A stretch of DNA of 64,000 nucleotides from Gammaproteobacteria bacterium (GCA_965238175.1 CBDEGZ010000003.1:1024001-1088000), one strand, 5' to 3'. Shown: positions 22,128 to 31,213, counted from the stretch's first letter. A program made the numbers and translations. The notes: a model not told the origin generated them from the letters alone.

Positions 22128-22733
22128 ATGAGTCCTACAGTCATCCTAACCATCAATTTCACTCTTATTTCACTCGCTTATCTTTTTGGTTCTTTCAGCT
22201 CAGCCGTGGTTGTCTGCAAAGTGATGGGGTTTTCTGATCCGCGTGAAAATGGTTCTAATAACCCCGGTGCGACCAATGTTCTACGTTTGTACGGCAAACT
22301 AGCCGCTTTTATTACGCTAATGGGTGATTTACTTAAAGGATTACTGCCAGTGATGATCGGGAAATTATTCAATGTATCAGATTTAGTACTCGCTCTGATA
22401 GGACTTGCAGCCTTTTTAGGCCATCTCTACCCAGTCTTTTTTGGCCTTAAGGGCGGCAAAGGGATCGCAACATTTATCGGCGTGCTTTATGGATTCGCCT
22501 GGCAACTAGGCCTTGTTTTTATGATCACCTGGGGGCTGATTGCGTTGCTGTTTAAGTACTCATCTTTGTCAGCGATGGTTGCATCCTTAGTGAGTATTCT
22601 TGCAGCAGGTGTATTCCTTGGTTCAAAAGTCTATTTGGTGGTGGTTTTGATTATAGTAATTTTTATCTTCTACCGGCACAGATCAAATATAAAAAATTTG
22701 ATTAATGGTACTGAAGATAAGTTGAATGAGTGA
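22128..22733 (+). CDS. plsY: glycerol-3-phosphate 1-O-acyltransferase
   Basis: GSNNPGATNVLR, GHLYPVF--KGGKGIAT, RHRSNI. Confidence 0.96.
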   Translation: MSPTVILTINFTLISLAYLFGSFSSAVVVCKVMGFSDPRENGSNNPGATNVLRLYGKLAAFITLMGDLLKGLLPVMIGKLFNVSDLVLALIGLAAFLGHLYPVFFGLKGGKGIATFIGVLYGFAWQLGLVFMITWGLIALLFKYSSLSAMVASLVSILAAGVFLGSKVYLVVVLIIVIFIFYRHRSNIKNLINGTEDKLNE

Positions 22734-22805
22734 CAGGCAGAATTTAGGAAAAGTATATAGTCTTAAACATAGAATATGGGAACAGGTTTTATAGGTTTCG
22801 TCCCT

Positions 22806-22886
22806 GAAATTCTTCTTTCTACGTCATCAGAATGACAGTTTATTGTCTGGAAAAGCCAGTCATCCTGAGCAGTAGCGCAGGATCTC
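22806..22886. repeat. degenerate inverted pair of REP-like palindromes
   Basis: ...TCAGAATGAC and GTCATCCTGAGC...AGGATCTC resemble the GTCATYCTGAGCGAAGCGAAGRATCTC repeat class. Confidence 0.45.
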
Positions 22887-22971
22887 AATATCGGAGATAA
22901 AAGCATTCCAGTGATCAAATTTATTTTAAAGTTAAGCTGTTCTCTTTTATCCAAAACTAAAGTCAAAAAAA

Positions 22972-23826
22972 CTATTTTTGAGCTTCCCTTTTGATCCGAA
23001 ATAAAGAAGAAATATCTTCCTCGCCATAACCGTTCGCAATCAACTGATCATAATCTCTTAAGGTCATCTCCACCGACGGCAGAGGTGCTTTCGCCATATC
23101 ATGACAAATAGCCAAATCTTTTCGATGTAAGGCCACCTTAAAACCTTTACTGAATTTATTTTGCAGCATCGTTTTTCCACGATGGTCCAAAAACCAATTT
23201 GCAGCCGCGCCACTGCCGACCACATCGACAACTTTATCCATATCCAATCCCATCGACTCACCAAAAGCCAGTGCGTCCGTAACCGCCTGATTAATACCCG
23301 CTGCCATAATTTGATTCACTGCTTTTGTCGCCTGACCCGATCCGGTAGATCCCATATAAACAATATTGCCACCGATGGTTTCTAAAACAGGTCGAGCCGA
23401 TTCCAACACTGCTTCGTCACCACCGATCATCATCGCCATCGTGCCGTTCTTCGCGCCTTCAACACCACCAGAAACAGGACTGTCAAGAAAGTCTGCACCG
23501 ACGGTCTTTAATAGATCAGAAACCTTTTTTGCCGTATCAGAACTCACTGTCGAAGTGTCGATCACAACAGATCCTCTCTTTACACTCGGCAGCATCGCAT
23601 TCACCACTTCCAAAACATCCGCATCCCGTGATACACAAATAATGATCAGATCAGATTGCGCTGCGACATTTGCCGGAGAGCCTGAAGCGACAATTCCAGT
23701 TTGATCAGAAAGTGGTTTTGATCTCTCTGGGTTGCGGTTCCAAAACGCCGCAAGATGACCTGCTTTGTGTAAATTCAACGCCATGCCTATTCCCATAGCG
23801 CCTAAACCGATGATGCCTGTTTTCAT
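22972..23826 (-). CDS. beta-hydroxyacid dehydrogenase (3-hydroxyisobutyrate/tartronate semialdehyde reductase family)
   Basis: GIIGLGAMG, DSPVSGG, GSGQATKAVNQ. Confidence 0.92.
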   Translation of the reverse strand: MKTGIIGLGAMGIGMALNLHKAGHLAAFWNRNPERSKPLSDQTGIVASGSPANVAAQSDLIIICVSRDADVLEVVNAMLPSVKRGSVVIDTSTVSSDTAKKVSDLLKTVGADFLDSPVSGGVEGAKNGTMAMMIGGDEAVLESARPVLETIGGNIVYMGSTGSGQATKAVNQIMAAGINQAVTDALAFGESMGLDMDKVVDVVGSGAAANWFLDHRGKTMLQNKFSKGFKVALHRKDLAICHDMAKAPLPSVEMTLRDYDQLIANGYGEEDISSLFRIKREAQK

Positions 23827-23848
23827 ACGATCTCCTTAACAGTATTTT

Positions 23849-24526
23849 TTACCAATATTGAGGTTTTATAGCTGGTTTTTTCTTTGTTGGAACTTTTTCG
23901 GGAAGTTGAAAAAGTTCGAGTTCTTCTTCTGAAATGTAAGAGCGAGTCCAATTTGCCAGCCTAGATAACTTTTCGTTACCGGGCCTGTTTTTTTTATTTG
24001 TCGGTTTTTTTCGAGGAAGAATCAGTCCTATTTCCATTTCGGGAACATCTTCTTTTATCATTTTTAAGGCAGGTTCAAGATCAGAATCACTTGAAACTAA
24101 AATAATTTGATCACAGCTTTGTTTAATAGCATCTCTATACATGTGTAATGCAATATTTACATCTGTTTGTTTTTCTTCGAGCTTCCAGACTTCGACTTTG
24201 TTATCTTTCTGTATTGGGTGTTCATATATTGGAGGTGTACCCTTTTCAAGGCTATGGTAGCCCATAATAATTTCTATATTTTCACCATGAGTTATAGTCA
24301 ATGCTTTGTGGTAAGTATTCTGTGATTGGTGGGATAATTCACCCTTTGTTGCAACTCTGGTTAGTACAGGAGATGTAAAATATTTTGATAGTATAATTTC
24401 ATACTTTGGATTTTGTATGTTACAAATTTTCTTGAGTAATTCAGCGACATCAAGCCACTTGTAGCCAGTATCTTTTAATAATCCATAGTAAAAGTTATAA
24501 CCATCAATATAGGCAATTGTTCGCAT
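23849..24526 (-). CDS. NYN-domain (LabA/PIN-like) ribonuclease
   Basis: YIDGYNFYYG, EEKQTDVNIA and SSDSDL acidic motifs; probable start ATG 24526 after an AGGGA RBS. Confidence 0.9.
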   Translation of the reverse strand: MRTIAYIDGYNFYYGLLKDTGYKWLDVAELLKKICNIQNPKYEIILSKYFTSPVLTRVATKGELSHQSQNTYHKALTITHGENIEIIMGYHSLEKGTPPIYEHPIQKDNKVEVWKLEEKQTDVNIALHMYRDAIKQSCDQIILVSSDSDLEPALKMIKEDVPEMEIGLILPRKKPTNKKNRPGNEKLSRLANWTRSYISEEELELFQLPEKVPTKKKPAIKPQYW

Positions 24527-24542
24527 TTGAATCCCTAGAAAT

Positions 24543-24570
24543 GAAAAAACCACCATGAGGTGGTTTTTTC
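24543..24570 (-). terminator. intrinsic terminator 16 nt upstream of the NYN start codon
   Basis: GAAAAAACCACC-atga-GGTGGTTTTTTC perfect palindrome with U-tracts on both strands. Confidence 0.8.
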
Positions 24571-24703
24571 GTCTTACAGTAATGCCAACTAAATGGCTTT
24601 CCCATAAGATGAGTCGTACTAATAGCATAGTATAGCATTTGCTAGATTACAAACTATTTTATATTTCTAATATTTTATTGGTACTCAAGTAATTACTTTA
24701 AAA

Positions 24704-26158
24704 TCATGGGTTATTTATATTTATAGGGTTTGTACTAAAATGATCTGCAATAACCTCTGCCACGCAACAGGTTAATTTCTTCCCAGTAGGTATATGTAAA
24801 AACTCATTCGGACCGTGGGCATTTGATTTTGGTCCGAGGACGCCGGTGATCATAAATTGTGCTTGTGGAAATTTTTCACCGAGCATTCCCATAAATGGAA
24901 TTGATCCGCCTTCGCCCATATGTACGGCTTGTTTGCCGAAGAAATCCTTTGATGCGTTATTGATTGAATCTTCTAGCCATGGTGTCAGCTCAGGTGCATG
25001 CCAGCCACTTGCAGCCCAGTCAGGAGTGAAGGTGATTTTTGCATTGTAGGGTGGATCACTTTCCAAAATTTGTTTGAGCTTGTTCGAGGCAATTTCAGCA
25101 TCCACTGTTGGCGGTAATCGTAGTGATAATTTGATTGATGTTTTAGGACGTAGAACATTTCCAGCACTTTCAATATCTGGCAATCCACCTGCACCGATGA
25201 CCGACAAGGCAGGTCGCCATGTTCTGTTTAGAACCAGTTCTGCGAGATCATAACTGATCGGTTTTGCTTTATGGTTTTCTTCTCCAACAAAAGGAAATCG
25301 TGAGTAAGATTTTTCGCCGATTACCTCCGCAGCAATTTTCGCTTGTTGTTGTCGTGATTGTGGAATTTCAGCCTGACATTCTGCAAGTAATATTTCGCCG
25401 GTTTCTGCATTTTCGATGCGGTCAATTAATTGTCGAACGATCCGAAAGGAGTCGGGAACAATCCCACTGGCATCGCCAGAATGTGCGCCTTGTTTGATGA
25501 TTTCTACGGAGAGTTCACCGCCAGCCAATCCGCGTAAAGAGGATGTGCACCAGAGTTGATCATAATTTCCGCAACCGGAATCTAAACATATGACTAAATC
25601 TGGTTGACCGATACGATCAGAAAGTTCGTCAATGTAAAAAGGCAGATCGTAACTGCCGCTTTCTTCACAGGCTTCGATGATGACAACGCATCGTGCATGT
25701 GGAATATTTTGTTTTTGTAACGCAGTAATCGCAGTGAGGGACGAGAACATTGCATAGCCATCATCAGCGCCACCACGACCGTACAATTTGTCGTCTTTGA
25801 TTACCGGAGTCCACGGGCCGAGCCCTTCCTTCCAACCGGTCATTTCCGGTTGTTTATCGAGATGGCCATAGAGCAAAATCGTGTTGTCAGATTTGCTTGC
25901 TTCAGTGGCTGGAATATCCATAAAAATTAAAGGCGTTCTTCCTTCAAGCCGAACGACGTCTAATTCCATTTCTGGATTTTTTTGATCTTTGGCCCAACGA
26001 ACAAATTGATCAACGACTTTTTCCATGTAGCCATTTTCTTGCCAATCTGGATCAAACGCTGGAGATTTATTTGGGATACGAATGTAATCAACGAGTTCGG
26101 GAATTATTTGGTCATCCCAAACTTTTTCGACGTAGTTTTGTAATTCTTTTTTATTCAT
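24704..26158 (-). CDS. M20-family metallopeptidase
   Basis: YGHLDKQP, GRGGADDG, EESGS, HSG, AHGPNE. Confidence 0.93.
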   Translation of the reverse strand: MNKKELQNYVEKVWDDQIIPELVDYIRIPNKSPAFDPDWQENGYMEKVVDQFVRWAKDQKNPEMELDVVRLEGRTPLIFMDIPATEASKSDNTILLYGHLDKQPEMTGWKEGLGPWTPVIKDDKLYGRGGADDGYAMFSSLTAITALQKQNIPHARCVVIIEACEESGSYDLPFYIDELSDRIGQPDLVICLDSGCGNYDQLWCTSSLRGLAGGELSVEIIKQGAHSGDASGIVPDSFRIVRQLIDRIENAETGEILLAECQAEIPQSRQQQAKIAAEVIGEKSYSRFPFVGEENHKAKPISYDLAELVLNRTWRPALSVIGAGGLPDIESAGNVLRPKTSIKLSLRLPPTVDAEIASNKLKQILESDPPYNAKITFTPDWAASGWHAPELTPWLEDSINNASKDFFGKQAVHMGEGGSIPFMGMLGEKFPQAQFMITGVLGPKSNAHGPNEFLHIPTGKKLTCCVAEVIADHFSTNPININNP

Positions 26159-26280
26159 TTTCAGATTATATTTTTAGATAATTTTATAAGTAACCTGATG
26201 TGATGGTCTCCTCCCCCTAACGGCATCTAGGTGCCATGATTGAACTGACATACACACAATCAAAAGAGGAGAAGACCAAA

Positions 26281-27294
26281 ATGAAGACTACAACAATCGG
26301 GTTAGACATAGCAAAAAACGTATTTCATGCTGTCTGCTGTAATCAACAAGGGCGTATAATCAAAAAGAAAATGTTAAAGCGAGCGCAGGTACTCTCCTTT
26401 TTTCAATCTCAACCTCCTTGTTTAGTCGCAATAGAATCTTGTGCAACGTCACAGTATTGGGCCCGAGCGATACAACAACAGGGACATCAGGTGAAATTAC
26501 TACCACCTCAGCATGTTAACGCATTTCTAATCGGCAATAAGAATGATTATAACGATGCCTTGGCCATCGCCGTTGCTGCGAAACAACCTCATTTAAAAAG
26601 TGTGGGCATTAAATCAGTTGAGCAACAAGACAACCAGGCACAACATAAAGCAAGAGACTTAGCGGTCAGACAAAGAACCGCATTATGTAACCAAATGAGA
26701 GCGCTTGTTGCAGAATATGGCATTAGCCTTCGTCCCGGCCTAAATACCCTACGTCAATCTATCCCGTTGCTATTAAGTGATGAGAACGAACGGTTGTCCG
26801 TTACTTTCAAAAGGATACTGCGCCAGCTAAAGGAACAATGGCAATCACTTGATGCCTGTATTGCGACATTTGACCAATTGATCATTCAATCGGCAAAAAA
26901 CAATGCGATTTGCCAACGCTTACAAACTATTCCAGGGTTTGGGCCGATGGTCTCGAGCGCGTATTTTAATGAAGTGGGAAACGGCGCTCATTATCACAAA
27001 GGGCGCGATGTGTCCGCCTCATTAGGACTTGTTCCACGACAGTACAGTAGTGGTGGTAAAGAGGTGCTACTGGGGATCAGTAAACGCGGCAATAAATACC
27101 TTCGTTGTTTGTTAATTCTAGGCGCGAAGGCCGTGGTATCAAGAGCCAAAACGAAAGGCGATAAACTGAGTCAATGGATTAATCGTTTAGTTGAGACGCG
27201 GGGGCATAATCGAGCGTGTGTGGCGTATGCCAACAAAATGGCAAGAATGGCCTGGGCTATAACGGTTTCTGGTGATGACTACTCACCGGCCTAA
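26281..27294 (+). CDS. IS110-family DEDD recombinase/transposase
   Basis: GLDIAK, IESC and KNDYNDA (DEDD), SSGGK serine; GAGGAG RBS. Confidence 0.95.
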   Translation: MKTTTIGLDIAKNVFHAVCCNQQGRIIKKKMLKRAQVLSFFQSQPPCLVAIESCATSQYWARAIQQQGHQVKLLPPQHVNAFLIGNKNDYNDALAIAVAAKQPHLKSVGIKSVEQQDNQAQHKARDLAVRQRTALCNQMRALVAEYGISLRPGLNTLRQSIPLLLSDENERLSVTFKRILRQLKEQWQSLDACIATFDQLIIQSAKNNAICQRLQTIPGFGPMVSSAYFNEVGNGAHYHKGRDVSASLGLVPRQYSSGGKEVLLGISKRGNKYLRCLLILGAKAVVSRAKTKGDKLSQWINRLVETRGHNRACVAYANKMARMAWAITVSGDDYSPA

Positions 27295-27339
27295 ATAGAG
27301 AGAACAAATCATTTCAACGAATTGCGAAGGTAAAACTAA

Positions 27340-27500
27340 AGATGGCATAACAGGTCAAACCAGCCTATTGAAAACCTGTCGAGCTCAGGGGTAACTAATA
27401 CCGATAACCTGATAAGGAAAATAGGCGCGTAATACATCCAGGTCAGAAGTTGAAAACTTCATTGAAGGCCGTATATATGACAGCAATCCTGTCCCTGTTA
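27340..27500 (+). ncRNA. predicted bridge/seek RNA of IS1111 copy 1 (boundaries approximate)
   Basis: Contains TAACCTGA (matches the target), ATATATGA (matches the circle junction) and closing stems CCTATT/AATAGG and GAAGTT/AACTTC. Confidence 0.7.
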
Positions 27501-27577
27501 TCTGAATGTTTTATCTTGCAATACGGGAGGAGACCATATATGAATTCGGGATAAGAATGACTATAAAAACATTAAAG

Positions 27578-28803
27578 TGTAGAAATTCAGATTTGATCTG
27601 ACAGTTACCCAATTATCAGTAACCGACTGTCAGGTTAAGTTTAATTCACAAACTTTTCCTTCCAGATAGCTTGTCCGTCGATGAGTGTTTCCATCGGCGT
27701 CCTCCCGCAGCACATTTTGCCTTGGTGAGTTCGTTGAGTATTGTATTTGAGCAACCATTCGTCAAGGTCGAGTTGCAGTTCATCAATCGATTGGTAAATT
27801 TTCTTACGCAAAGCGACTTGATAAAACTCATTGAGGATCGTCTTATGGAATCGCTCACAAATACCATTCGTCTGAGGTGATTTGACCTTGGTTTTGGTGT
27901 GTTCGATATTGTTCAACGCCATATAAAGCTGATAATCATGCTGGTCAGCTCGCCCACAATACTCCGTCCCTCTATCTGTCAAAATGCGCAACATAGGCAA
28001 ACGTTGTTGTTCGTAGAATGGGAGGACGCGGTCATTGAGCATGTCAGCTGCCGTAATCGGTGTTTTAGTCGGGTACAGTTTCGCGTGAGCGACCTTGCTG
28101 TAAGTATCAACAAACGTTTGTTGATAAACCCGACCAATGCCTTTGAAAGTACCGACATAGTAAGTATCTTGCGAGCCAAGATAACCAGGGTGTGCCGTTT
28201 CTATCTCGCCACAAGCCTCATCGTCGTCTTTTTTGCGTTCCATCGCCGCGACTTGAGACTCAGTGAGGATCAAGCCTTCACCAGCTACCTTATCAGACAA
28301 TGCCTTCAGGCGATCTTTAAAGCAAGCAAGACCATGACGAAGCCAGATACAACGAACGCCACTGGGTGAGACAAATGTTCCCCGTTTGCGCAGCTCGTTA
28401 CTGGTGCGCGTTTGACCATGTGCGGGCTCTTCCAGTGCATACTCGAGCACAACGGTTTCAATAGCCGGGTCGATTCTGTTTTTAAGATTTGGGGTACGCC
28501 GATTACGATCAAACAAGGCTTCTACACCGCCTTCATCAGCCGCTTCTTTGTAGCGATAAAATGTATCTCTGGACAAACCCATCATCTTGCAGGCTTTTGA
28601 GACATTGCCGAGTTCTTCAGCGAGATTGAGTAGACCAACTTTATGTTTTATAACTTTGTCATTAGTATGAATCATGAGAGTTACCTCTTTGTGTTTTGAT
28701 GTTTACGTTGCAGTTACATCAAAGCGGGTAACTCTCACTAAATCAAGCGTCGCTACGCTCCGCTTGATTTAGTGATGTGTCAGATTGGGTCTAAACTTCT
28801 ACA
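27578..28803 (-). mobile_element. IS481-family element, copy 1
   Basis: TGT...ACA ends, 26-bp imperfect IR; flanks ATTAAAG and GTTCA do not form a direct repeat. Confidence 0.93.
27641..28675 (-). CDS. IS481-family DDE transposase
   Basis: N-terminal HTH, SQDT, TDRGTEY, SPQTNGICERF. Confidence 0.95.
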   Translation of the reverse strand: MIHTNDKVIKHKVGLLNLAEELGNVSKACKMMGLSRDTFYRYKEAADEGGVEALFDRNRRTPNLKNRIDPAIETVVLEYALEEPAHGQTRTSNELRKRGTFVSPSGVRCIWLRHGLACFKDRLKALSDKVAGEGLILTESQVAAMERKKDDDEACGEIETAHPGYLGSQDTYYVGTFKGIGRVYQQTFVDTYSKVAHAKLYPTKTPITAADMLNDRVLPFYEQQRLPMLRILTDRGTEYCGRADQHDYQLYMALNNIEHTKTKVKSPQTNGICERFHKTILNEFYQVALRKKIYQSIDELQLDLDEWLLKYNTQRTHQGKMCCGRTPMETLIDGQAIWKEKFVN

Positions 28804-28848
28804 GTTCATATATGGTCTCCTCCCGTATTGCAAGATAAAACATTCAGA

Positions 28849-29009
28849 TAACAGGGACAGGATTGCTGTCATATATACGGCCTTCAATGAAGTTTTCAAC
28901 TTCTGACCTGGATGTATTACGCGCCTATTTTCCTTATCAGGTTATCGGTATTAGTTACCCCTGAGCTCGACAGGTTTTCAATAGGCTGGTTTGACCTGTT
29001 ATGCCATCT
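28849..29009 (-). ncRNA. predicted bridge/seek RNA of IS1111 copy 2 (boundaries approximate)
   Basis: Same non-coding end as copy 1. Confidence 0.7.
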
Positions 29010-29054
29010 TTAGTTTTACCTTCGCAATTCGTTGAAATGATTTGTTCTCTCTAT

Positions 29055-30068
29055 TTAGGCCGGTGAGTAGTCATCACCAGAAACCGTTATAGCCCAGGCC
29101 ATTCTTGCCATTTTGTTGGCATACGCCACACACGCTCGATTATGCCCCCGCGTCTCAACTAAACGATTAATCCATTGACTCAGTTTATCGCCTTTCGTTT
29201 TGGCTCTTGATACCACGGCCTTCGCGCCTAGAATTAACAAACAACGAAGGTATTTATTGCCGCGTTTACTGATCCCCAGTAGCACCTCTTTACCACCACT
29301 ACTGTACTGTCGTGGAACAAGTCCTAATGAGGCGGACACATCGCGCCCTTTGTGATAATGAGCGCCGTTTCCCACTTCATTAAAATACGCGCTCGAGACC
29401 ATCGGCCCAAACCCTGGAATAGTTTGTAAGCGTTGGCAAATCGCATTGTTTTTTGCCGATTGAATGATCAATTGGTCAAATGTCGCAATACAGGCATCAA
29501 GTGATTGCCATTGTTCCTTTAGCTGGCGCAGTATCCTTTTGAAAGTAACGGACAACCGTTCGTTCTCATCACTTAATAGCAACGGGATAGATTGACGTAG
29601 GGTATTTAGGCCGGGACGAAGGCTAATGCCATATTCTGCAACAAGCGCTCTCATTTGGTTACATAATGCGGTTCTTTGTCTGACCGCTAAGTCTCTTGCT
29701 TTATGTTGTGCCTGGTTGTCTTGTTGCTCAACTGATTTAATGCCCACACTTTTTAAATGAGGTTGTTTCGCAGCAACGGCGATGGCCAAGGCATCGTTAT
29801 AATCATTCTTATTGCCGATTAGAAATGCGTTAACATGCTGAGGTGGTAGTAATTTCACCTGATGTCCCTGTTGTTGTATCGCTCGGGCCCAATACTGTGA
29901 CGTTGCACAAGATTCTATTGCGACTAAACAAGGAGGTTGAGATTGAAAAAAGGAGAGTACCTGCGCTCGCTTTAACATTTTCTTTTTGATTATACGCCCT
30001 TGTTGATTACAGCAGACAGCATGAAATACGTTTTTTGCTATGTCTAACCCGATTGTTGTAGTCTTCAT
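29055..30068 (-). CDS. IS110-family DEDD recombinase/transposase
   Basis: Identical to 26281-27294. Confidence 0.95.
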   Translation of the reverse strand: MKTTTIGLDIAKNVFHAVCCNQQGRIIKKKMLKRAQVLSFFQSQPPCLVAIESCATSQYWARAIQQQGHQVKLLPPQHVNAFLIGNKNDYNDALAIAVAAKQPHLKSVGIKSVEQQDNQAQHKARDLAVRQRTALCNQMRALVAEYGISLRPGLNTLRQSIPLLLSDENERLSVTFKRILRQLKEQWQSLDACIATFDQLIIQSAKNNAICQRLQTIPGFGPMVSSAYFNEVGNGAHYHKGRDVSASLGLVPRQYSSGGKEVLLGISKRGNKYLRCLLILGAKAVVSRAKTKGDKLSQWINRLVETRGHNRACVAYANKMARMAWAITVSGDDYSPA

Positions 30069-30167
30069 TTTGGTCTTCTCCTCTTTTGATTGTGTGTATG
30101 TCAGTTCAATCATGGCACCTAGATGCCGTTAGGGGGAGGAGACCATCACATCAGGTTAAGTATTTTT

Positions 30168-30548
30168 TTATGTAAAGTGATCAAGCAGAACGAATATCCA
30201 GATAACCAAGCAATTGATCAGGCTGATCAAAACAGCGGCACTACCGACATCTTTTGCACGTTTTGATAGGTCATGTTTTTCTAATGAAACGCGATCAACA
30301 ATGGCTTCGATGCCTGAGTTGATTAGTTCTACGATCAAGACCAGAAAGATAGAACTGATCATGAGTGCTTTTGCTAACAAACTAACGGGTAGAATGAATG
30401 CAATGATGGTTAGTGGTATACCCAACGCCAGTTCTTGTCGGAAAGCAGATTCGTGTTTGTAGGCGGAGCGTAATCCATCTAGAGAATAGTGATAAGCATT
30501 AAATACACGACTTAGTCCAGTGGTGCCTTTGAAAGGGCTTTTCTTCAT
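30168..30548 (-). CDS. dgkA: diacylglycerol kinase
   Basis: ESAFRQE, ELINSGIEAIVDR, AKDVGSAAV. Confidence 0.95.
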   Translation of the reverse strand: MKKSPFKGTTGLSRVFNAYHYSLDGLRSAYKHESAFRQELALGIPLTIIAFILPVSLLAKALMISSIFLVLIVELINSGIEAIVDRVSLEKHDLSKRAKDVGSAAVLISLINCLVIWIFVLLDHFT

Positions 30549-30663
30549 TTTCAGCTCATTATTTTATTTGAAAATGCTAGGTTACCTTAAATTTTTAAAA
30601 AAGTGGTCGAGATTCTCAGTTACTGGCAAAATGCCGAGTCAATTAACCAACTGGCTTGGAATT

Positions 30664-31191
30664 ATGACGATTAGAAATTTCAAAGATAAAGCTCCTGAAA
30701 TTGCTGACAGTGCGTTTGTCGATGAAACAGCGCTAGTGATTGGTGACACCACTTTAGGTGAGCATGTTTCTATTTGGCCAATGACGGTTGTTCGTGGTGA
30801 TGTGAATACGATCACAATTGGTGACTATACCAATATTCAGGATTCATCCGTTTTACATGTTAATCATGCTGGCCCTTCGAATCCAGAAGGTGATCCATTA
30901 CACATTGGAAAATACGTGACGGTTGGACATAAGGCCCTGGTGCACGCATGTACGGTGGGTGATTATTGTTTGATCGGAATGGGCGCGATTATTATGGACA
31001 GAGCTGTTTTGGAAGATTACGTGATCATCGGTGCGGGTAGTTTAGTGCCACCTGGAAAGGTTCTTGAGAGCGGTCTTTGGGTCGGCAGCCCCGCGGTAAA
31101 AAAACGTGATCTTACTGAAAGTGAGATCACATATTTGAAATACTCAGCTACGCATTATGCAGAGCTGGCCGATGAGCATAAAATAAAATAG
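30664..31191 (+). CDS. gamma carbonic anhydrase-like protein (YrdA family)
   Basis: Hexapeptide repeats, RGDVN, NIQD--VLH, VTVGH; start ATG 30664. Confidence 0.92.
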   Translation: MTIRNFKDKAPEIADSAFVDETALVIGDTTLGEHVSIWPMTVVRGDVNTITIGDYTNIQDSSVLHVNHAGPSNPEGDPLHIGKYVTVGHKALVHACTVGDYCLIGMGAIIMDRAVLEDYVIIGAGSLVPPGKVLESGLWVGSPAVKKRDLTESEITYLKYSATHYAELADEHKIK

Positions 31192-31213
31192 TCCTGAAAT
31201 AAGTTATTGGCTA

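Larger units (their letters stand above)
26196..27540 (+). mobile_element. IS110 family, IS1111-group element, copy 1 (1345 bp)
   Basis: Sub-terminal IR ATGGTCTCCTCCC/GGGAGGAGACCAT, 7 bp and 3 bp from the ends; long non-coding right end; ends fixed by comparison with copy 2; no TSD. Confidence 0.92.
28809..30153 (-). mobile_element. IS110 family, IS1111-group element, copy 2 (inverted)
   Basis: Reverse complement of 26196-27540; identical protein. Confidence 0.92.

Noticed and set aside
24527-24628. N-terminal extension of the NYN ORF
   Set aside because: It runs through the hairpins and terminator; the family-typical start with RBS is at 24526.
27646-28600. Small overlapping and antisense ORFs within IS481 (also those within atp, acs and cca)
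   Set aside because: Shadow frames of well-supported genes; they recur only because the IS is repeated.
26196-30153. Classical composite transposon with cargo
   Set aside because: No passenger gene other than IS481 and no flanking TSD; each IS1111 sits in its own target site.
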